From Polyangiales bacterium (GTDB taxonomy: Bacteria > Myxococcota_A > Polyangia > Polyangiales > Ga0077539): a stretch of 64,000 nt of DNA. This document shows positions 50,165-63,118 of the stretch, piece after piece (position 1 is the first letter of the stretch; each line of letters starts with the position of its first letter). The translations under genes and the position numbers were made by a program. The DNA is taken from assembly GCA_044229975.1 (NCBI GenBank), contig JBGARZ010000011.1, forward strand, positions 192,001 through 256,000, written 5' to 3'. The notes beneath the pieces were generated by a model. It did not search any database and was not told where the DNA came from. It worked only from the letters and a program-made list of their open reading frames with translations.

Positions 50165-51004
50165 ATGCGCAGGCTCCGCTGGTTGATCCCGGGTGCGTCG
50201 CTGCTGGTGGTTGCGTGCGGCTCCGTCGATCGCACCGCCCTCGACGGTCTCAACCCTGTCGACGCGGGTGCGACCGCGACGGGCGACGTCGGGAGCGCCG
50301 ACCTGGGGAGCCCGGTGCTGGGTGCCGATGCGGGCTCTCCGATGACGGCCACCGACGCGGGCAGCGCGGGTGAGCGCGACGTCGGGAGCACCGTGGCGAC
50401 GGACGTCGGAGAGCCCGTGACGCCACCACCCGTGGACGGGGGCGCACCGGCGGTCGACGCGGGCGTGGTGGCCAGCGTCGATGCGAGCGTGGCGACGGAC
50501 ACGGGGTGCCGGGCGTGCACGGCGTTTGCGCCGGTGGCGTTCTGCCCGGGCAGCGGGCTCGGCTACTGCCTCGCGTACCAGGGGTGCACGACGGCGAGCT
50601 GCGCGGTGTGCGCAATGCCGACGACGGGCGGCGACGACTGCGCGAGCGCGGTGGTGCTGAGCGCGACGGGGCGACAGCGCTCGGTGGTGACGACCTGCGG
50701 CGCGCGCGACAACGTCGACACGTCGTGCAACGGCGCCGGGCCCGACATCGTGGTCGGGGTGCGGGTCGCGCGGCGGGGGCGGGTCGCGGTGCGGATGACG
50801 GTTCCGGCGGGCGTGACGATGAACTTCGGGTACGACCTGCTGGGCTCGACGTCGTGCGCCAACGACCGCATCGGGCGGCAGTGCGTGAGCCGTACGGCGG
50901 CGGTCACGCAGAGCACGGAGCTCATCCTGGATGCAGGGACGTACTACCTCTACGTGGTGACATCGCAGCCCACGTCGGTGGTGGTCGAGACCGAGCTTCC
51001 GTAG
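50165..51004 (+). CDS. Cys-rich lipoprotein
   Basis: LVVAC lipobox, DAG linker, GGDDC..A...TTCGARD...GPD...GTYYLYV. Confidence 0.75.
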   Translation: MRRLRWLIPGASLLVVACGSVDRTALDGLNPVDAGATATGDVGSADLGSPVLGADAGSPMTATDAGSAGERDVGSTVATDVGEPVTPPPVDGGAPAVDAGVVASVDASVATDTGCRACTAFAPVAFCPGSGLGYCLAYQGCTTASCAVCAMPTTGGDDCASAVVLSATGRQRSVVTTCGARDNVDTSCNGAGPDIVVGVRVARRGRVAVRMTVPAGVTMNFGYDLLGSTSCANDRIGRQCVSRTAAVTQSTELILDAGTYYLYVVTSQPTSVVVETELP

Positions 51005-51054
51005 AGCATCCGTGGGTTGTCTTCTCCGCACCTCGCGCGCGACACTCCGCGCCC

Positions 51055-51510
51055 ATGAACCCCCATCAGCTCGTCCCCTGTGCCGCGTGCGGCCGCCACG
51101 TCCGCCGCGTCGAGAGCGTGTGTCCCTTCTGCGGTGACACCACGCTCGCGGCCTCGGCCACCACCATCCCCGACGCCCCGGCCCGCCTGAGCCGCGCGGG
51201 CGTGCTCGCCTTCGCCGCGGTCATCGGCGCCGCCGCGTGCTCGTCGCCGCAACCAGCGCCCGTCGCCCCGGCCCCTGCGCAGCCCGAACCGCCGCCCCCC
51301 GCGCCGCCTCCGCCGGTGCCCGAGGTGGTCGACGCGGGCGCTCCCGAACCGATCGATGCTGGTGCTCCCGAGCCGGTCGACGCGGGCTCTCCCGTGGTCG
51401 ACGCAGGCCCCGCCCGTCGCGACGCCGGCGCCCGCCGCCCCGGAACCAACCGGGTCATCAACGGCTCCATGAGCGTTCGCTACGGCGCCCCGCCGCGGCC
51501 CGAAGACTGA
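51055..51510 (+). CDS. Myxobacterial zinc-ribbon small protein with C-terminal YGAPP
   Basis: PCAACGRHV...CPFCG, hydrophobic stretch ending AAC, Pro-rich/DAG linker, RYGAPP. Confidence 0.8.
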   Translation: MNPHQLVPCAACGRHVRRVESVCPFCGDTTLAASATTIPDAPARLSRAGVLAFAAVIGAAACSSPQPAPVAPAPAQPEPPPPAPPPPVPEVVDAGAPEPIDAGAPEPVDAGSPVVDAGPARRDAGARRPGTNRVINGSMSVRYGAPPRPED

Positions 51511-51519
51511 CCTTTACCC

Positions 51520-52782
51520 CTACCGCGGCCACTGCCGATCGGCGTACGCGAGGAAGGTCTCCCAGTCCTCCGCGCCGAGGCTATGAACGCCCGGCCGCGT
51601 GCGCCAGCTCAGCCTGCCCCCCAGCGAATACCGCCCGTCCCCGTCACGCAGCAGCCCCGGTTGTCCGTAGAGCGACCACGCCGCGTCGGCCGCCTCCGCG
51701 GCCCCGCGCGCGCCCGGCGGATCGGCCCACGAGTCATCATCGCCATCGGTGAGCAGCAACCGCCGCGGCGCCATCAACGCGACGAGCTGGTGCTGGTCGA
51801 TGGGGAGCCGCGACTCCCTCCCCGCAAAAGTCGGAAACACGTCATTGAACCATGATGGAAACGTCAGGTTGATGATCTGCACCGACTCGCCGATGGGGCT
51901 GCGCGAGAGCGCCGCGCCGGCCGTCCCCGACTGGTGCGCGATGACCATGGCGATGCGGTCGTCGTTGGCGCCCGCCCAGAGCGCGGCCTTCCCGCGACGC
52001 GAGTGACCCACCACGGCGATGCGCGACGCGTCGACGCGTCCGCTCGTGACGAGCCAGTCGACGGCGCGCGACAGACCCCACGACCACGCGGCGATGCGCC
52101 CCCAGCGAACCTCCCTCGCCCTCCCATCGGGGACGAAGTGCGGATGCACCCCGTCGGAGAAATCGCGATCGGCGGAGGTGTCAGGGTCGATGTCGCTCTC
52201 GTGGAAGGTCACGAACGCATACCCTCGCCGCACGATGGCCTCGACCGGCCAGTTGGACGCGCGCCCTCCGCGCGACGCCTCGGCGGTGGCGCCGCAGACG
52301 GCGGTGTCGATCCATGACGTGGTGGCCGTGATGCGCGGGTCGGCGGAGACCTCCTGGTTGCCGCACTTGTTGAGCGCGACGAAGACCGGAGGTGATGCGA
52401 CGCCGGTGGGCAGATAGAGCGACAGGTGGACGCGCGGCGCCGCGCCATCGCCGAGGGTGAGCTCGACCTCCTCGTAGCGCGCGACGCCAGGGAGGAAGTC
52501 CTCGACGGTGGAGGTGCTGCGACCGGTGACGGCGACGGTCTGCGTCGGCGCGTAACCGTAGATGTAGTGGGCGAAGCGGTCGCGCAGCTCGGCGCGGCGC
52601 CAGCCCTCCCAGTCGGCGACGGTGGTGACGCGGCGCGAGCCCGCGAAGGAGTCGAAGAGGGCGGGGAGCTCGGGGCGTTCGGGGAGTTCATCGGCGGTGG
52701 GGTAGGCGAGCGCGTCGGGCGGCGTCGACGGCGACGAGCAGGCGACGAGCAGCGCGAGTGCGGCGACGGAGGCTTTGCCCAT
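51520..52782 (-). CDS. CE15 family (glucuronoyl esterase-like) lipoprotein
   Basis: LLVAC lipobox, IAAWSWGLSRAVD, GHSRRGKAAL, LPIDQHQL.ALMAPR, WADP. Confidence 0.85.
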   Translation of the reverse strand: MGKASVAALALLVACSSPSTPPDALAYPTADELPERPELPALFDSFAGSRRVTTVADWEGWRRAELRDRFAHYIYGYAPTQTVAVTGRSTSTVEDFLPGVARYEEVELTLGDGAAPRVHLSLYLPTGVASPPVFVALNKCGNQEVSADPRITATTSWIDTAVCGATAEASRGGRASNWPVEAIVRRGYAFVTFHESDIDPDTSADRDFSDGVHPHFVPDGRAREVRWGRIAAWSWGLSRAVDWLVTSGRVDASRIAVVGHSRRGKAALWAGANDDRIAMVIAHQSGTAGAALSRSPIGESVQIINLTFPSWFNDVFPTFAGRESRLPIDQHQLVALMAPRRLLLTDGDDDSWADPPGARGAAEAADAAWSLYGQPGLLRDGDGRYSLGGRLSWRTRPGVHSLGAEDWETFLAYADRQWPR

Positions 52783-52810
52783 GGGTCGCATCGTAGAGCA
52801 TGGTCGCGGC

Positions 52811-53866
52811 GTGTTGTTCGATCCACCGGCGGTTGAAGCGGTGAGCGCCGTGCTCGGGTTGCGTCGGCTGGGCGGTCTCGGGGCCGAGCGAGCGGGCGTC
52901 ATCGACGGCGTCGCGGTGCGGCTGCGAGGGCCGTTGGGTCGACGCTCCGACCTCGACCTCGTCGTCGAAGCGCGACCCGCCCATGGGCTCGACCTCGGGC
53001 TGTGGGTGCGACAGGCGGGTCTCGTCGTGGGCGGCCCACCGGGGCTCGACACGGGCGACGCCGCGTTTGATGGCGTGTGCGAGGTGACCGTCGGCGAGGG
53101 CGCGGCCGACGCCGCTCGTGCGCTGCTCGACGACGCGACCCGATCGAGCCTGCTGGCGATGCTCTCGTCGGGTCGGCCGGAGATCACCGATGAGGTCGTG
53201 GCGTTCAATCTGTCGTCGGTCTACCTCACGGCGGAGACGCTCACCGCGCGGGTGCGGGAGTGCGTCGCGATCGCTCGCGCCGTCGACGCGCTCGGGGCGC
53301 GGCTGTCACCACCCACTGCCATCCCGGCGGGGCACGCCGCGGCCTTCGTCGACGCCTGCCGCGAGCACGGCCTCACATCTCGCGCGCACCCGATGAGCGC
53401 GTGGGGCGACACCTTGGAGAGCGCGGTGTGGGTTCGGTGGAGGTCGCACCCGGTGGCGGGGTCGCTCGCGACCAACGACAACACCGAGCCGGTGGGCTAC
53501 CGCGTGATGGCGCGCTTCCACGAGCCGCTCGGGGTGGGTCTGCGCGTCGAGCCCGCGGGCCTCGCCGATCGCCTGAAGGACCTCGTCGGCTTCGGCGATC
53601 TGAGCCTCGGCGACCACGCCTTCGACGCCGCGTGGCGGGTGCGCGCGACGAGCCCCGACGCTGCGATGGGGCTGCTGCACGAGGGCGCCCGCGCGCAGCT
53701 CCAACGGCTCCGCGCGCTGGGGTTGCGGCTCACCCTCGACGACGCGGGCATCGAGGGCCGCGGGGAGATTCCGGGCGACCCCGGCGTCGTGCCGGAGGTG
53801 CTGCGGCTCGTCGTCGACCTGCGCGGAGTGCTACGCCAGCGCGTCTCCCGCGGGGCGTATCGATAG
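52811..53866 (+). CDS. Hypothetical protein with internal domain duplication
   Basis: Two similar units (TGDAAFD / LGDHAFD). Start uncertain (52781 or 52811). Confidence 0.65.
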   Translation: MLFDPPAVEAVSAVLGLRRLGGLGAERAGVIDGVAVRLRGPLGRRSDLDLVVEARPAHGLDLGLWVRQAGLVVGGPPGLDTGDAAFDGVCEVTVGEGAADAARALLDDATRSSLLAMLSSGRPEITDEVVAFNLSSVYLTAETLTARVRECVAIARAVDALGARLSPPTAIPAGHAAAFVDACREHGLTSRAHPMSAWGDTLESAVWVRWRSHPVAGSLATNDNTEPVGYRVMARFHEPLGVGLRVEPAGLADRLKDLVGFGDLSLGDHAFDAAWRVRATSPDAAMGLLHEGARAQLQRLRALGLRLTLDDAGIEGRGEIPGDPGVVPEVLRLVVDLRGVLRQRVSRGAYR

Positions 53867-53884
53867 GCTGGTCGGACCACCAAC

Positions 53885-56936
<3,052 letters not shown>

Positions 56937-56948
56937 TACCGGGCGAGG

Positions 56949-57189
56949 GCCGGGGTTCACGGTGCAGGCTTCGCGTCCGTCGCGCTCCGTTCACCCCGGG
57001 CAATGGTAGGGGGTCACCCCGCCGCTGCGCGACGGGGTTGCAACAGAGGCCGTGATCTTCACGGTGTCGATTGCAAGCGCGATGGATCCCAGAACTGCAA
57101 CCCCGTCGCGCAGCGGCGGGGTGACCCCCTACCATTGCCCGGGGTGAACGGAGCGCGACGGACGCGAAGCCTGCACCGTGAACCCCGGC
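56949..57189. repeat. Long perfect inverted repeat (REPIN/MITE-like), family C
   Basis: 94-bp arms 56949-57042 and 57096-57189 are exact reverse complements, 53-bp spacer. Confidence 0.95.
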
Positions 57190-57229
57190 GCGATTGGACA
57201 AACGAACTCGGGGCGAATCGGTATGACTC

Positions 57230-58651
57230 TCACCCCACCCGCGCGAAGCTCCCGTGAAAACCGAGCGGGAGCGGCGTGTCCACGCTCGCCGTCGCCACGC
57301 GCTCCAGGTCGCGCGCTCGCAGCACCGCGAGGTGCGACTGACCCTTTGACGGCGACGATCCCACCGCGAGCAGCACGCCGTCGTCTTCGTCCGTCGACCC
57401 CGGCCGCGCCACGAACACCGGCTCGCCGTACACCACATCCCCGTCCGCGTAGCGCGCGACCTCGCCCCGCTCGGGATCGACGCGCAGCAGCGTCGAGCGC
57501 ATGCCTTCGCCCGCGTCACCGAGCCGCGCGCCCCACACCGCGCCGTGTCGCGCGCCGCTCACCTTCCGGTAGCTCACGCTCGGAAACTCGAAGCCGTCTT
57601 CGAGCAGCACCTCGCGCTGCACCGTCCCTCGCGCGAGGTCGAGGCGCAGCCGAACGAGGGACGCTCGCAGGTCGACGCGCTCGGTGGTGAGTCGCTCGAC
57701 GCGCAGCGCCTCCACGATGCTCGCGTCGCGGTAGGCGAGCACGTCCATCACCACCCCGTCGCCATCATCGAAAGCATTGACCGTATGGAACACGAACATC
57801 CCATCGGTCTCCACCACACGATTGGGCCCGCCGGCGCGATCGATGACGATGAGCCGCGTCGGGCTCGCAGCGTCCCAGCGGAAGTGGTCGATGTATCCCT
57901 GGTTGGACCACAGCATCGACACCGGGCGCACGCGCAGCGGGTGGTCGATGAGCACCACCTTCGTCGCCGTCAGCGCGAACGAGTGCACGTACGGCATCTC
58001 CTTCCCCTTCCAGCGCCCGACCTCGACGCGGCGCCGCTCGTCGGGGGCGTGCTCGAACACCACCAGCTCGGCCTGCGCCCCGAGCTTCGACCCGACGTTG
58101 ACGGCCTTGCCTCGCGCGAAGTCGAAGTGGGGGTGGGCCAGCATCGCGAGCTCGTGGCCGAGCGCGTCGTCGTAGCGGACGGCGCCGCGCGTGGAGAGCG
58201 TCTCCGGGTCGATGGCGTACTGCGTGGCCGTCTCGGTCATCGCGACCCAGTCGGGTCCGAGCTTGAGCACGTTGACGTTGGTGTTGTCGCTGACCTGCGG
58301 GATGGGCTGCACGACGCGCTTCCACCACGGTCGACCGTTGGGCGTTCCGAAGGAGGACACCGGCATGCGACCGGCGAGCGCGTGGCGCGCGACGTCGCAC
58401 TCCAACAGCCGCTGCGCCCAGGTGACCTCGGTGGGTGACTTCACCGAGAAGCGGTAGAGCATCCCGACGGCGTCGAACCAGTGCGCCGCGGCCCAACCGC
58501 CATGGGCGAAGAGCGCGGGCGCGGTGCGGAGCAGGTCGCCGCGGAGCCAGTCGGGGATGGTTCCTTCGATGCGGGCGGCGCGGGGGGCGTAACCCTCCAT
58601 CACGGTGGTCGCGAACATGCTGCGAGCGGGGAGCGGGGCGTTGGTGCTCAT
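57230..58651 (-). CDS. Carotenoid oxygenase (RPE65/CCD) family protein
   Basis: EGTIPDWLRG, HWFD, AHPH, VHSF, FHTVNAF, FEFP, GEPVFV, EDDG, GFHG. AAGGAG RBS. Confidence 0.92.
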   Translation of the reverse strand: MSTNAPLPARSMFATTVMEGYAPRAARIEGTIPDWLRGDLLRTAPALFAHGGWAAAHWFDAVGMLYRFSVKSPTEVTWAQRLLECDVARHALAGRMPVSSFGTPNGRPWWKRVVQPIPQVSDNTNVNVLKLGPDWVAMTETATQYAIDPETLSTRGAVRYDDALGHELAMLAHPHFDFARGKAVNVGSKLGAQAELVVFEHAPDERRRVEVGRWKGKEMPYVHSFALTATKVVLIDHPLRVRPVSMLWSNQGYIDHFRWDAASPTRLIVIDRAGGPNRVVETDGMFVFHTVNAFDDGDGVVMDVLAYRDASIVEALRVERLTTERVDLRASLVRLRLDLARGTVQREVLLEDGFEFPSVSYRKVSGARHGAVWGARLGDAGEGMRSTLLRVDPERGEVARYADGDVVYGEPVFVARPGSTDEDDGVLLAVGSSPSKGQSHLAVLRARDLERVATASVDTPLPLGFHGSFARVG

Positions 58652-58768
58652 CGGTTGATCTCCTTGGATGAGAGCCATCATGGCGGGCGGAAGGGCGCAC
58701 GTCGTGACCGGAAGCGCCGAGGCGTTGGCAGTTCACGCCACGGGCGGTGAGGCACTATCGTCGGAGCC

Positions 58769-59770
58769 GTGATGGAGGAGGTACCCGCGCAGACCATCGA
58801 GGCGTTGTTCGCGGGCATGGCCGCGCTCGGCGTCGACGTGGCCGCCGTGCGCGCGGAGGCGGGTCTGCCGGCGGGCGAGGCGACGGCGGGTGATCGCTGG
58901 CCCGAAGAGACGCTGCGCATCGCGTGGGACCACGCGCTCGCGAAGCACCCGCGCCCGACGCTGCCGGCGGAGGTGGGGCGGGTGGTTCCGTTCGGGGCGT
59001 TTGGGGTGGTGGACTACCTGGCGGCGAGCGCGGACACGCTCGAAGGGTCGCTGCGCGGGCTCACCGCGCACTTCCGCGGCATCATCGCCGACCCGTCGCT
59101 GGTGCTCGTCGACGAGGACGACGGCGCGCGCCTGGAGGTCCACGTCGGGCCGGGCGAGCGCCGCTGGATCAGCGAGGAGTTCACGCTCGCGGTCTCCCTG
59201 AAGAACTTCCGCCACACCCTCGGCGATGGCGCGCTGCCCGACGCCGTGGTCGCCGTGACGAGAGCGGATCCGTCGCCGGGTGCGTTGGCGGAAGCGTTCG
59301 GTGCGAGGGTGGTGTTTGGCGCGCCGGTGGGGTCGCTGTGGTTTCCGCGGGCGTCGTTGGGGCTCCCGATGCGCACGGCCGACCCGCAGCTCCGGCGCAC
59401 GCTCGGGGGCATCGCCGCGTCGATGGGGCTCGGGGATGCGCGCGATCCGTTCGAGCTCGCGGTGCGGGCGCGGCTGCGTGATCTGCTGCCGCATGGGGAT
59501 GCAGATGCGGTGGTGATGGCGCGCGTGCTGGGGACGAGCGAGCGGACGCTGCACCGGCGGCTGCAAGAGCGCGGGACGACGTGGCGCGCGGTGCTCGATG
59601 GGTTTCGCGCGGACGAGTCGCGGCGGTATCTGCGCGAGGGCAGGCGGTCGCTGGCGGAGATCGCGCTGGCGGTGGGGTTCTCCGATCAGAGCGCGTGGAC
59701 GCGGGCGTTCAGGCGATGGACGGGGCAGAGCCCGACGGCGTGGACGCGGGGCGGGCGTCAGGCGGGGTGA
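58769..59770 (+). CDS. AraC family transcriptional regulator
   Basis: LGTSERTLHRRL, LAEIALAVGFSDQSAWTRAFRRWTGQSP. Confidence 0.93.
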   Translation: MMEEVPAQTIEALFAGMAALGVDVAAVRAEAGLPAGEATAGDRWPEETLRIAWDHALAKHPRPTLPAEVGRVVPFGAFGVVDYLAASADTLEGSLRGLTAHFRGIIADPSLVLVDEDDGARLEVHVGPGERRWISEEFTLAVSLKNFRHTLGDGALPDAVVAVTRADPSPGALAEAFGARVVFGAPVGSLWFPRASLGLPMRTADPQLRRTLGGIAASMGLGDARDPFELAVRARLRDLLPHGDADAVVMARVLGTSERTLHRRLQERGTTWRAVLDGFRADESRRYLREGRRSLAEIALAVGFSDQSAWTRAFRRWTGQSPTAWTRGGRQAG

Positions 59771-59941
59771 TACTGGTTGGGAGTCGGTATTGCCGCTTTG
59801 CTGCGCCATCCGTTGGCGAGACAAGCAAAGCGATAACACTGATGACCATTGAACATGACACGGCGCGCTGTGCCTCGTTGAGCGTGGGGCAGACCCGAGC
59901 AGGAGGTCCAAGCCCCAGATCGCCCGTGGGCACCACCCGGA

Positions 59942-60364
59942 TCAGACCACCCTCGCAAACAGGCTTCGCACCTGCTCGCGCACCGTCTGGCCTCGACCGG
60001 TGATTGGCGTTGGCGCCGTCGGCCGAGGGATAGAGAGCTGATCGTATTCCCGCAAGATACGTCGAAGCTCGTCTCGCCCGAACGACGTCAACGCGTCTCC
60101 TTCGGCGAGCATCCGCCGCCCGAATTCGATTGCCCGACCGAAGTCGCCTGACTGGGAGAAGCTCGCGACCGCAGCAATGGCGAGGTCACTACGCGTATTG
60201 GGGTGATCGGCGGGAACACCCAATGCAATGCTGGCCAGAGACTCTGCCGATTGGTGGTAGAGAGCGCGAGCTTCGGCCGGGTTCCCTCGTCGTTCTGCAC
60301 GTTCTGCCAGGAAGACGTCCGCCTCGGCTTGGGCCACCAACGGACCTCGCATCCACTTGCTCAT
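59942..60364 (-). CDS. Small helical (TPR-like) hypothetical protein in a lower-GC islet
   Basis: Start MSKWMRGP, GNPAEARALY...PNTRSDLAIAAV...GDFGRA. Confidence 0.6.
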   Translation of the reverse strand: MSKWMRGPLVAQAEADVFLAERAERRGNPAEARALYHQSAESLASIALGVPADHPNTRSDLAIAAVASFSQSGDFGRAIEFGRRMLAEGDALTSFGRDELRRILREYDQLSIPRPTAPTPITGRGQTVREQVRSLFARVV

Positions 60365-60656
60365 CGCGACCACCTTGCGACATGAATCGAGATCATGTCC
60401 GAGCAGAAGTCCGTGACCACCGTCGGACCAGTTGACTGCAAGCCAAACGGAGTCGTCGCAGTACCACGCTCGCCGACAACGCAGTCGACATGCCTCGGAA
60501 CCTACCAGATCACCGGTCGCCTCGGTCGAACGTCGTCTCCAGGCGCCGTGCGTCTGGCGCGCGGCGATGTGAGCGACCCGATCCGAAGTCGCGACACCCA
60601 CTCAAGGTGCGACGGACCGTCCGTTGCAGTGTCTGCCCATCGATTGGAGACACACC

Positions 60657-61352
60657 ATGCACCCCTGTTCCATCTCGCGGCTCGCCCCTGGCGCGCTGCT
60701 TCTGCTCGCGGCCTGCAATGGCAACCAATGGCTCCCCAACGGCGGCGTGGCGTCCGATACCGCGACCCCGACGACGCGCCCCACCACCGCGACTGGCTCG
60801 TCCAGCCTCGCGAGCGCCATCGCCGTGTCGCTCTCCCCCACCGGTGCCGACGCATCGCCTGCAGCGGTTGCCGCGCCCACGTATGTTCCGCCGTCGACCG
60901 AGGTGGCCGATGCCGCCGCACCGTCGAGCGTCGCTGCCGCGGACGGCGGGGCCGCGCCTGCGACAGTCGTGGTCGCGCCGGTGTTCGTCCCGGTGTTCGT
61001 CCCGGCCGCGGTGGGTGCGGGCGCCGTGGCGTCGCCGAGTGCCGTCGTGCCTAGCACGTTCGCCACACCTGTCCCCACGCAGGGATCGACCGCAGCGCCT
61101 CAGCCGACGGGCTCGCTGCTGCCCACCGTGGCGCAGCCGCCCACCATCGCGGGAGGCAACCTCCCCGTGCCCACGGCCGCGCCGGTGATGGGCGTTCCGG
61201 TTCCCGCGGGAGGCGCGCTCACTCCTGCGCCACAGCCCGTGACAAACCCGCCCAGCATCGCGGGCGGGCCCAGCTTCGCGCCGACCCCTGCCCCAGCCAC
61301 CATCCCGAGCATCGCGGGTGGACCGCTACCCACGGGCGCGTTGCGTCGGTAG
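60657..61352 (+). CDS. Pro/Thr/Ala-rich low-complexity lipoprotein
   Basis: GGAGA RBS, LLLAAC lipobox, P[ST]IAGG motif three times. Confidence 0.7.
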   Translation: MHPCSISRLAPGALLLLAACNGNQWLPNGGVASDTATPTTRPTTATGSSSLASAIAVSLSPTGADASPAAVAAPTYVPPSTEVADAAAPSSVAAADGGAAPATVVVAPVFVPVFVPAAVGAGAVASPSAVVPSTFATPVPTQGSTAAPQPTGSLLPTVAQPPTIAGGNLPVPTAAPVMGVPVPAGGALTPAPQPVTNPPSIAGGPSFAPTPAPATIPSIAGGPLPTGALRR

Positions 61353-61363
61353 CGCGACGACGT

Positions 61364-62197
61364 CTACGAAGCGGAGCGTTCGAGCGCGTCGGAGGAACCC
61401 GGCAGCAGGCGCTCGACAGCATCGCGCGCACCGTCGCTACACGGCAGCGCGGCAGCCCGACGGACCGACCCGCGGTAGACGCCGCCGAGGCGTCGCACGG
61501 CCATCGTGTGGAGGCCGACGGCGAGCAGCGCCCACTCGCCCGTCAGGACGTAGTCGAGCGCCGCGCGAGAACGATCGAGCCGCTCGATGACGGCATCGGG
61601 ACGGCCGCGTCGGAGATCGACGAAGGCACGCGCGAGAGCAAAGTGGGCGCGGGCATCGACGGTGTCTTCGGTGGCCGTGAGGAGCGCCTCCGCTTCGTCT
61701 GTTCGGTCGAGGCGGGCCAGCGCGATCGCGTGTCGCGCGCGGATCAGCACCTTCACCGGCGCGCCGTCGGCCCACCCGCGACCGGCGGCCCCGTCGGCGG
61801 CGCGGAAGAGAGCCTCGGCCGCGCCGAAGTCACCCGCGAGAAGAGCGAGGTCGCCGAGGTTGTGTAGCGCCGACGCGGCGAGGGTGCGCGAGCACACCGG
61901 ACCGAGCAGGGCGCAGAGGGTGCGGCGGGCGCCGTCACGATCCCCGGCGCCGAGCGCGGCGATGGCGGGGTTGTACCGCCGGACGATGAGCGCGCTCCAG
62001 ATCCACCACAGCCCGAAGATCACCATCGGCGCGAACACCCCGGCGATCGAGGGCTCGCGCGGGCTCGCGAACGCCACCGCCACGAGAGCCGCCACGACAC
62101 ACGCCGCCAGCACCCCGCGTCCGTCGTCGAAGACCACCATCCACGGGCGCGAGACCCATGTCCGCGCGGCCTCGGGAATCGACACGATGCGGATCAC
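61364..62197 (-). CDS. Membrane-anchored TPR protein
   Basis: AAGGAGG RBS, GTGA overlap, two TM segments, ALHNLG...GDFGAAEALF. Confidence 0.7.
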   Translation of the reverse strand: MIRIVSIPEAARTWVSRPWMVVFDDGRGVLAACVVAALVAVAFASPREPSIAGVFAPMVIFGLWWIWSALIVRRYNPAIAALGAGDRDGARRTLCALLGPVCSRTLAASALHNLGDLALLAGDFGAAEALFRAADGAAGRGWADGAPVKVLIRARHAIALARLDRTDEAEALLTATEDTVDARAHFALARAFVDLRRGRPDAVIERLDRSRAALDYVLTGEWALLAVGLHTMAVRRLGGVYRGSVRRAAALPCSDGARDAVERLLPGSSDALERSAS

Positions 62198-63099
62198 GCG
62201 GCACCTCCTTCCGCGGCAACCGCGAAGACGAGGCCGGGGACACGAGCAGCGATCCAGCGACGGAGCTCGGGGTCTTCGGGGAGAGCGTCGTCGGGCACGT
62301 GACCGCGGCGCGCGAGGTGCTCCACGGCGCGCAGCAGCCAGCGCTCGCGGAGCCGGGTCATCCGTTCGATGGAGGGCGCGTGCTCGTCGAGCAGGCGCAG
62401 CACCGTGGCGTGGTCGCGGCGGAGCGACGCGAGGCGGATGGAGAGGGTGATCGCATGAACGCGTTCGGCGGGCATCCAGTCGGGCGGCGACGGCGCGATG
62501 GCAGCCTCGGCCTCGTCGAGGCGACCGAGCGCGAGCAGCGACTCCGCCCGCTCCAGGCGGAGCTGCACATGAAACAGGTCGCCCTCGGCGGCCGACCCGG
62601 CGAGCGGCGGGCCGAGGGTGTTCTGGGCTTCGTCGAAGACGCCCAGGGCCTCGGTGTGGTCGCCACGCTCGGAGGCCACGCGGCCCAGGCACATGAGCAG
62701 CCCGGCGTGCACGCCGACCTCGGGGCGCCGCCCGAGGGCTTCGCGGAGCACGATGGTCGCGCGGTCGGTCGCGCCTTCGGACAAGGCGAGATCGACCTCC
62801 CGCAGCGGCGCCAGCGCCCGCCGTTGGCGACGGTTCGACCACGCGAGGGAGCCCGCGACGAGGCCGAAGAGGACGAGGTCGATGCCGAGGATCAACGCGC
62901 GACCATCGACGGGAGAGTCCGTCGACGGCGCCTCGTCGCGGGCCTCGTCGTCGTAGCGGGGCGCGGGCGCGTTGTGGACGATGCGCCACACCATCACGAA
63001 CATCACCGCCAGGAAGAGCCAGAGCAGCAGGGTCCGCCACGATTGCGAGCGCGGCGCCGACACGCGGGGGATCCCGTCCAGGTACTTCTCAGCACTCAT
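62194..63099 (-). CDS. Membrane-anchored TPR protein
   Basis: Two TM segments, LGRVASERGDHTEAL, AESLLALGRLDEAEA. Confidence 0.72.
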   Translation of the reverse strand: MSAEKYLDGIPRVSAPRSQSWRTLLLWLFLAVMFVMVWRIVHNAPAPRYDDEARDEAPSTDSPVDGRALILGIDLVLFGLVAGSLAWSNRRQRRALAPLREVDLALSEGATDRATIVLREALGRRPEVGVHAGLLMCLGRVASERGDHTEALGVFDEAQNTLGPPLAGSAAEGDLFHVQLRLERAESLLALGRLDEAEAAIAPSPPDWMPAERVHAITLSIRLASLRRDHATVLRLLDEHAPSIERMTRLRERWLLRAVEHLARRGHVPDDALPEDPELRRWIAARVPGLVFAVAAEGGAA

Positions 63100-63118
63100 G
63101 CGCCGCGACTCTATCGCG

